Source: Rotaria socialis (taxonomy: Eukaryota). Taken from it: a stretch of 64,000 nt of DNA. Below are positions 54,646 through 64,000 of the stretch, one piece after another. Location of the stretch: the NCBI GenBank assembly GCA_905331295.1, contig CAJNYD010000062.1:496001-560000 (forward strand), written 5' to 3'. Made by a program: the position numbers and the translations under genes. Each line of letters begins with the position of its first letter. The first letter of the stretch is position 1. The notes below the pieces were generated by a model. That model ran no database searches. It was not told where the DNA came from and saw nothing but the letters and a program-made list of their open reading frames with translations.

Positions 54646-56623
54646 ATGTACTTTTCAAATTCAGAAACGCGAAAAAGCACGGTAAGTTCACAAACAATTG
54701 TATTTGAAGTCGAATTAGGCAGTTACTCGAACAACTTCGTGCAATCAACGATTACGTCATTTTTTTTGACTGACCTTGACCAATGTGTCACATATATTCA
54801 ATCAATCGATGACGAAAAAATTCTCTTAATTACATCAGGATCGAAAGCATCGCATGTTCTCTCTCGAACAGCTTCTTGCCATCAAATTGACTCAGTTTTT
54901 ATTTTCTGTATGAAGAAAGAACGTCATGAGCATTTATTAAATGAATATTCAAAAATCATTGGAATCTATGTCGAACTTGATGATTTATGCCAATCGATTA
55001 AAGAGCAAGTCGATCTCGTCAATAGACAAATTCAAACTTTTTCATTTTTTGATCAACATGAAAAGTCAACAGCATTTCTTTGGTTCCAACTATTTAATTA
55101 TGCCGTTAGTCATCTTCCACGAAGTCAACAGGCAAAACAACAAATGGTTCGAATATGCAAAGACTACTATCGTGGCAATAAAATCGAAATAAAACTAATT
55201 GAAGAATTTGAAAAAACGTATCGGTCAGAATATGCACTACTTTGGTATTCAAAACAGTCGTTTATTTATAAATTGATAAATAAAGCATTAAGAACAGAAG
55301 ATGTTGATCTCTTATACATATTTCGATTTTTCATTGGTGATCTTTCGACAGCTTTGCAGCAAGAACATGAGAAGATTCTATCATCGAAAGGTAAAATCCT
55401 GAATGTTTATCGAGGAACTAAACTTGATAAGGAAGAATTTGAGAACTTAAAAGAAAATCAAGGTAAACTTATTTCAGTTAATGGATACTTATCTACAAGT
55501 TGGAGAAAATCATTAGCAGTGCACTTGGCGAAGAAATCTACGAAAAGAACTGATGTTATTCCTGTTCTTTTTCATATTCAATGCGATATTAAGCATATTA
55601 ATAGAAATATAATTTTTGCTGATATTAGTGAATTTAGTGAATATAGAAAGGAAGCAGAAGTTTTATTTGATTTAAACGCTTGTTTTCTGATTGAATCCAT
55701 TGAAAAACAGGAATCATTAAATATTATTGAAATGACTCTATCAAATGAAGGACAAAAAATAACGGAAGATTTTCTTGAACTAACAAAAAGAGAAACAGAA
55801 GAACTTAGCGTTTCGATTGTAGTTGGAAGATTATTATGTGACTTAGGTGAATATGATAAATCAAAAAAATACTTTGAACAATTATTGAATGATTCACCGA
55901 AAGAAGATTGTGCTTGGGTTGAATTTAATATTGGCCGAGCTCTTTCTTTTAAATGTGAATGGAGTCAAGCTCGAGAATATTATAATCGTGCATATGATCT
56001 GATGATGAAAGATAAACTAGCAAGAATCAAAGATTCAGCTTGGGTCCTCAACAATATCGGTGCTATTCTTAGGAATCAAAAAAGTACGATGAAGCCCTGA
56101 ATTATTTTCTGCAAGCATTGAAAATTCGAGAGAAATTTTATCCATCGCCCAGGTCGATCAACTTGTGTCGTACACGGCCGTTTGGTATGCACCGTATTAC
56201 GGTCGTTTTTGCATCGTGCCATAAACGATCGTATACGGTCGGATACTGAAATATTCGGCCGCATTACGGCCGTTAGTAACCGTTTACGACACGGCGAAAT
56301 ACGGCCGTAATACAGTGCATTCCAAAACGTCGAATTACGGCGATTTACGGCCGGAAACGTTATAAAACGGTAGCAAACGTTGCCGTATACGGTCGTTTAC
56401 GATCGTATCAGGTCACCGTAATATTCGACCTGGGTCTGGCCATGCTGATATTACTTCGAGTTTGAATAATATTGCATATTGTTATGAACATAAAAACGAA
56501 CGAAAAGTAGTACTTGAGTGTTATCAACGCGCCTTGGCTATGCATGAGAAACTTCTTCCGGCTAACCGCTTAAATAGACAGAGAGTTGAAAGAGATATTC
56601 GCCGACTCACTGAAGAAAACTAA
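54646..56623 (+). CDS. ADP-ribosyltransferase (R-S-E class)-TPR protein, 3' end disrupted
   Basis: VYRG, GYLSTS, EAEVLF catalytic motifs followed by TPRs; 1-nt frameshift in the A run ~56078-83 and MITE at 56148; removing both restores KYDEALNYFLQALKIREKFYPSGHADITSSLNNIA...TEEN*. Confidence 0.88.
56148..56434. mobile_element. CCCAGG-family MITE inserted in the ART-TPR gene
   Basis: cccaggtcga...tcgacctggg; TC duplicated (one extra G on the left); homologous to the 22804 element. Confidence 0.9.
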
Positions 56624-57768
56624 ATTCATCAAGATATCGAATTTCATCAACAATGTGAAGATACTAAGTATTTTATTAGTGTATTAAAACTATCTCATCA
56701 ATAAGAAGAAAAGTATCGTTTACTTAGTGATAAGTCTTTGAAACTCTACGCAGAATCAATATTTGTTGAAAACATATCTAACAAGAAATATTCTGAAAGA
56801 ATCAGACACCCATAAGAGTTATTCATTGGCCTATTTACCTATTTTCCGTTTGTCATGAAGCTTCTTTGTGATAAACAAGTTTTTAAGAAAAGATTACTAA
56901 TCATGTAAAATATATTATTATAAGCACGAATAAATCTGATTAATTTCTATTCAACTAATTCTACTAGTATAATTTAATTATGACTATGAACACATGAGCA
57001 ATAATCGATGGATACTGAATAAAAAGTCAAAGCAATTGATCATTGTCTATAAAAGAATTTTTAATTTTTCAGTATTTATCTTTTTCCTAATTTTATCGAA
57101 GTTTGCTTCATTTAGTTTTTTTATTTCTGAGATTGAGCAAGCATTTCGTTACTATATGTACTGTATTGAGCTCCGGTTGTTACCAGTCATAAAACAAACT
57201 TGGGCAAGTTCTTAAGAAGTGTTTCCTTGAGATTGTTGATTTGATAACATTCTGACTATATCGTGTGACGTCAAATAGCGTCTATTACTAATAGATGGTA
57301 AGCCTATATATATGGGGAACTTAATTAATTTGACACAATACCACTACACCAGACCAGCATTCTCTGCCTCCAGAAGCACTTCCCCAAAGTATCATCTGTA
57401 TAAAAAAAAGATATAGCTTTATAATCGTTTTGATATGATGTCATTGATGAAGCTGCAACTAAAAACATTCTTCACCTGACTAATCTAACTGAATACGACG
57501 AAAAAAAGAGACAATTTCTCTTCAAATATGTCAGTCAATTGTCAATACTTCAATCAGCATATAAATAGCTTTGAGACTATTTGTTTCCATCAGATATCGC
57601 CATAATATCTATAAATCAAAGAAATAAGTATTATATCAAGCCAAACATGATAAGTTTATTGAATCTTAAAAAATCACGCAATCATCAAGGTTTACAATAT
57701 TTTAAGCAGTCTCAAACATTTAGTGTCACAAAGAAACAAATCTTTCCTATGAACCGAATATTAGATAT

Positions 57769-60263
57769 TTAGCTTGCATGTTGACGCATCCAATTAAATA
57801 CTTCCTCAAACCAAGCGATGGAATGCTGTGGATTTAATACCCAATGATTTTCAGTAGGAAAATAGAGAAGTCGACTCGTAATATTACGACGCTGCAAAGC
57901 TGTAAATGCACCGATTCCTTGTGTTTCTGGTACTCGATAATCATGAGCACCAACGATTATTAACATAGGTAGAGTCCAATTCGCCACGTGATTCACTGGA
58001 TTATACTCTTCATACGCAGAAGGATTGTCGTAGACAGTATAGTTTCCAGCATCATGTTCAGTGAAGAATAACTCTTCTGTAGAATAGCCCATTGATCTCA
58101 TATCAAATAGACCATTATGACAGACAAGAGTTTTGAAGCGACTACTCATCTCAGGTTGACCAGCAATCCAGTTTATCATATAGCCACCATAGCTAGCACC
58201 CAATGCTACCACTCGAGTTCTGTCGATATAAGAGAAATTTCTCAAAGCATAATCAAGTCCCAACTTGAGATCTTCGTAAGGCAATGAACCATATTCACCT
58301 GTAATACTATCGGTAAAGTTCTGTCCATAAGAATCAGAACCATGAAAATTGATAGCAATCACAGCATAACCTTGAGCAGAATATGATTGAAAATTCCATC
58401 CTGAACCCCAAGCATCATACCAGCTACTTTGAGGTCCACCATGGATAAGAAAAGCAAGTGGAGCAGGTTGGCCTGTACCATGCGCAGGTGGTACATGCCA
58501 TCCCCATACTGTTTCATTGTTAGCACCCATAAAAGAGAATTTTTGAGCTTCTTTACTTAGTATCACTTTACTCAACAGAGCAGTGTTATGATTAGTGAGT
58601 GGCTGAATAGAACTATCCAATGAATACAAATAGATATTTCGCGGTTGAAGAAGAGTGTCATATGTAAACACAAATGTTCTCTCCTGAGTAGGATGAGGGT
58701 GAATATTGTGCGACGTACCATTGTCTATCAGAAGATCAACTGAATGATTCGTGTAGATGTTTACTAAATAGTAAATAACATTGCTTGCTTCTTCACCGAT
58801 TTCGAGATAAAGAGATTGACCATTGGGAGACCATGTCATAGCTTGAATACTTCGATCCCAATCGTCAAGAAGAGTTACTTTCGTATTCAATGAAGCTGAA
58901 AAATGAAAATAAACACATGCAACAAGAACGAACATTATCATAAATATAACTAACCATTGTACATCTTCACTTTATATTGATCAGACTCGTAACCTGGCAC
59001 CGAATGTGATCGATAGACTAACAGATTTTCATCGGTCGGCGAATAAGATGGATCTGTATCGGTTGCAATATTTTCACATGTTATACATACAGTTGGTTGT
59101 CCAGCTGTTCTCAAATCAACTGTATATATATCTAAATTGGTTGTCCAAGCTACTGAACTATCCTCATCGTGTTGTCTTGTGAATGCAAATGAATTTCCAG
59201 ATGCACTAAATGACCATTGTGCTTTAGCATCACCGAACGGTTTCGTTGGAGAATCACTATCGATATTGAAAAGTACATCGACAGGGTTGGATGATAGTTG
59301 AAATATTCCGTTTGTTTGTCGATTAATTGAAACAACAAATGGATGGTTACGTAGGCCTGTATAGTATTCATCCCAATGCCGAATGTAAAGCTTATCGAAT
59401 TTGTATATCGTGCGTCCACTATCTAGTTCGGCTTGTTTTCGAGCATTCGTCTGTTCAATGTTTAAATTCGCATAGACTTGGCAGCTGAAAGCGAGACGTG
59501 TTGCGTTTCGATTTACTAATAGATTATCAATATTCAATGAGTAATTGGTTATTTGTGTAGGTTCAATGAAACCACTCAAGGTTGACAGATCATCAGGAAG
59601 AGTCAGCTGAAAAATTTGAGTGAGATCTGACGATGCTCGATTCGACAGAAAAAGAATCGTATTTTTATCTATCCAAGTGAACTACAGAGAAGAAACATAA
59701 CTGAAATCGGTATAAGAAACGTGATAGACTCTTACTTGTTGGTCTTGTTTGCCCCAGATGGGTCGTGTCAATTGGACATTCTTGTTGGTTTGTAAATCTT
59801 GCCAATGTAAAGTTGTTGTGGATCCGCGTAAATCAGGCATATGATATTGTCGTCTCAAATAGATGAGGCTTCTACCATCTGTTGGATGAAGTTGAGGCGA
59901 TGAAAGACGATCAAGTCGAAGATTGTCGGTTTGATTGAAGTAATGTGAATTAGTTAAGGATTGATAGTATTGACTGTTGGATTGATAATCGCTTTCGTTC
60001 CATATCGTTGCAGTAGTGGTTGTCAATGTAGCTGGCGTTGTGGCTGCTGATGTGGTAGCCAACGAGGCCGTCAATGATGTTGCTGGAGAGTCGGTTGTTT
60101 TATCAGGGCAATTGGAACGTAGACCGATAACCACAACACACGGTATTAGTACGATAACTGCACCCAAAAGAAAGAAGCCAGCGAAAAAGAAGAACTAAAA
60201 TGAATATTTTTTGAAAATTAATATAAAACTGTAACTAATGAAAGAGCGAACCTTCGGATCCAT
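57769..60263 (-). CDS. S9 family DPP5-like peptidase, copy 2
   Basis: Translations identical to copy 1 at offset 14286; same triad and introns. Confidence 0.92.
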
Positions 60264-60973
60264 TGATGATTGTAAAATAGAAGTTGGTTGCTTGATGAAA
60301 ACGAAAAATGAATATGCTTATTTGTTCTGTTCTTTTGTATGATATGAATCGAAAAGATATTGTTTGGCTACTTGAATTAACGATATATTACTCGTTATCA
60401 GGGCATATGATAAAGTTTAAGCTTTCCGACAAAATCTATCGACTTTGATCTAATGGCAAATAGTTTCGGGGGAAATATGCAGTTAATCATTCAAGAGTAT
60501 AGATACTTCAGATACAACGAAAAAGTATAAATTATTCGAATTTGATTTATTTTCATAGTTTTTATCATTATCCTACACTCCATCAGATTGATTAATGAGC
60601 CATTATTGCTATCTACTTTATTTTCTATTCGTCGGGACGAATGCTGAGAGCTTTAAATGGAGCTATAAAGTTCGATATGTGATAAAGGACATATTATTCG
60701 TTCGCGTTTTTTAAATCAACATGAATTCATGTATTACTAGCCATTATTTATTCGTGTGAATAAATAGTGAATGAGAAATCAAATTGAATTCTGTTATTGC
60801 ATTGTGATACATGATATAAATCTTTATGATAATCAGTATAATATTTTTAGAGATATATTTCTTTGTGTTTTTATTCAAAATGAAGAAAACGATACGAAAA
60901 CAGAATGCAACTAATCACAGTTTATGAAATCATTCTTGGCTAGGCTTATGTGTTAAAAGCAAATGAAGATTGA

Positions 60974-62661
60974 TCAATTGAATCTATGAATAAATAAAAT
61001 AATTATACTGAATAAAAATGGAGTCCTCTGAAAACTTACTTGCATTTAGTAAAATCCATTTCTGGATGAGCTTCCATAAATCTAATAATAAACAAAGCAA
61101 ATCGAAAATTTAGTTTTATTTGTGTTCATATGAAAAGACTTGATTACTTTTTCAGCATATCTTGTTTCTTTTGTTCATCAGAGGTAGGTAAACCAGCTTC
61201 ACGTCTATGTTGATCATACATCATCTTTTCAACCATACTTCGTGTTTCGCCATCCAAGTCCGACAACTATATACAATGATAAAGTTTCATACCAATGAAA
61301 ATCAATCGAACTTTTTTTCGGGATTTACTTTAGAATTTTCGGGTTGAACTTTGCGTGTATTAATTTCAGGATCTGTTTTTACTACACGACTCCACCATTC
61401 CATTTTATTAATCTAAATTTCGATTAAAATAATTCTTTGAAAAAATATATATTTGCAAATTAACATACTTTTTCAATAACAATATGAATAGCTTTTCCAT
61501 CATCAAGCGTCCACATAGATTCTTCTTTTTTCAATTCGGCAAATGTTTCTCCGTCAATAATTGGTGGATGACCACGAAGACCCACATATAAATGCTGCAC
61601 GAACAAACAAATATAGATATTTTCTAACGGTTAATCTACCTTGCGTTCAAATTTGACGATAATATCTTTCGATTTTACACGAATATTCAGTTTAATTGGA
61701 ACACGTAGCTAATTTCATAGAGAATTCAATTGAGAAATTTTCTAGAAAGAAAAAACTTACATCGATTTCTTCAAGTGTTTGCGTCCACGAATACTCAGGG
61801 CCATCCCATCCGTTACCTTTATTTGGTTTTTCTTTACCTTTATCTTCTTCATTTTCATCTTCATCTTCTTTCTATCGATGATAATAATATTATTTTTTCA
61901 CAAATATCCATAACAACTAAAACTGATTATGGTTACCTTAGCATCCTTGTTAGTTTCATCATTATCACCTGACGATTCAGTAGTAGTTGCTGGTTCGCTT
62001 TGTTTTTCAACTGGAGTTTCATCATCTGTGGCTAATTTTTGTGCCTAAAAATACAATTGATTACTATTAAAATTTTATCCTGATATTTCAAGTATATCGT
62101 TGTGTTCCATATTCTCATCGGTTTGATTATCTTTCCCTAAAATTCTGAGATGGCATCTGTAGAGATAAAACTAGTATACATACTTTAGCTTGAGCTCTTT
62201 CTTGTTTAATTTTTTCTGCTTCTTCATCTGTAACTTCAACAATTCGTGATGATTCGTTTTTTGCAGCGTCTTCTTCTTCACGTTTACGACGTAATTTGTC
62301 ACGTCGAATACGATCCGTCTTTTAAAGGAATAAACAGATTTTTTATTCGAATAAAATACGAAAAAATAATTCAGTTACTTCATCTCGTTCGGCTTTGTCT
62401 TTCTTATGTTTTTCCACTGCAACTTTTTCCCATTTACGAAATGCTTTTAAAATTAAATCTTCAGGCTTATCTGTAACATTTGGGCTTGTATATAAATCGG
62501 TTTTCCGGGCGAAAAAACCAAAAAGTGTATCAAGTAGCTATGCAAAATAAATGAATAAATAAACATGAATTCAAAACTCATTAACAGACTTCCTGAATGC
62601 CGCCTGTATGCTGTGAAGCAACGTTCATCAAAATTGCATCGTATTTTTCTGCGTCAGACAT
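60974..62661 (-). CDS. NUDC: nuclear migration protein NudC
   Basis: [59 protein letters not shown] domain; [31 protein letters not shown]. Confidence 0.95.
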
Positions 62662-63688
62662 TTTTTTGAAAAATCTGAAATAAATAGTCAACAAAAAATG
62701 AATTTTTCATCATTATAAAACTAGTATAGAAATTAATGATCTTCTTGATAACATAACATAACATAGTGATGATGATGAAAGAAATATTAGATAAGGTTAA
62801 CAAAATTATTTTTTGTAAATTATTTATAGAAAAAAATCGAGCGTGAATCCCATTCATGTATTATTTTGTGAACAGAGAGTTATCTGGATACCTCATAGGT
62901 TGAGATTTTAGATGTTCGAAATTCAATAAGATACACCTTACCAAAAAAACTTAACTATCAATAAATGTCTCGAAATAAACAAAGTTTTTATACAGAGAAA
63001 TATTGTTCACTCGTTGATTTATCTCAAATTGTTTAGCGCCTGGAAAATGAACGAATATGTTGTCAAACTGTTTCAACTGTAAATTGTTAAATCCTTCCAA
63101 TGTTAGTTAATTGTCAGCCATAGTTCAATAATTCTTGTGCATTTTTTTCCTCCTATAACTATGATGTGTAATAAATGAACTTTATTTGGCCTATAAGCAT
63201 GAATATACCGATCTATCGGTTGCTAGGAAATACATAAAATGAGAGAGAAAAACGTGTTATTTCTATTGAAAAAGAATAGAATGAACTTTTGTAATGATCT
63301 ATAATTAAGAGTTGTTGCTTGCTACTGATACGATGAAAGACAATAATGAAAAATAAGTAACTAAATTGACGATCGTAATGATTTTCATGTCAAATGAGTC
63401 CAGAAAATATAGTATAGAACATTGAAAAATATCTATTGGTTCAAGTATTTTATATGCAAATTTTTTGTATTATGAATTGAAAAAGATTGAAAAAAATCTA
63501 AAAAATAATTATAAGCAAATTTTCTTTTATCTAATCGAAAACATTATTGAAGGACAACATACAAGTAATACAAGATGGCGACACATGAATTCATTTTGCT
63601 TGTTCTTTTTTCGAAACCATTTATTATTTACTGACGAAGATTACAATTGATAGTTTAATTATTTTTTAGATTTCATTCATCTACCATC

Positions 63689-63963
63689 ATGGAAAAAAAC
63701 GCAACTGGCGGTGTTATGGCACGTGTTGTCAAAATTCTTGGTCGTACTGGCAGTCAGGGTCAATGTACACAAGTACGTGTTGAAATTATCGATGGATCAC
63801 AATCGAAACGATCGATTATTCGCAACGTAAAGGGCCCGGTGTATGTTATTTATTTTTCTACAGATTTTAATTATATTTTTCAATGTTTTATTTGATTTTT
63901 AGCCGTGTTGACGATGTCCTCGTTCTTCTAGAATCTGAACGTGAAGCTCGTCGCCTTCGATAA
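63689..63963 (+). CDS. RPS28: 40S ribosomal protein S28
   Basis: [22 protein letters not shown]...[28 protein letters not shown]; intron ~63841-63902. Confidence 0.97.
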
Positions 63964-64000
63964 TCGTCCAATGGTGTTTCTATTAACATCAATTGAACAA

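Noticed and set aside
53964..56100. F-box-ART fusion gene
   Set aside because: The F-box gene ends with its family-typical C-terminus and a stop, and has upstream stops; no evidence of splicing into the ART ORF.

Overview
AT-rich eukaryotic DNA with short (~50-60 nt) GT-AG introns. The gene families (F-box/LRR, ART-TPR, intron-poor rhodopsin-type GPCR, foreign-looking enzymes), the many MITEs and the TGTGGG tracts point to a bdelloid rotifer (Rotaria/Adineta-like); this is inferred, not confirmed. Conserved genes: a compact KCNQ-like channel, a TRPM-like channel, a membrane trypsin-like protease, DCLK, VAMP, NmrA-like, ZNF330/NOA36, NUDC and RPS28. Candidate horizontally acquired genes: an intronless COG2509-like FAD oxidoreductase and two copies of a DPP5-like S9 peptidase carrying an added membrane anchor. 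The 41-60 kb block looks like a birth-and-death cluster: F-box/LRR, S9, a decayed ART-TPR, a broken F-box/LRR, a disrupted ART-TPR, and S9 again. A multi-exon pseudogene absent from the ORF track lies at ~29.8-33.5 kb. Three N positions (23236, 34697, 43442) mark assembly joins; two of them create false local duplications. All splicing and family calls were made by eye; no searches were run.
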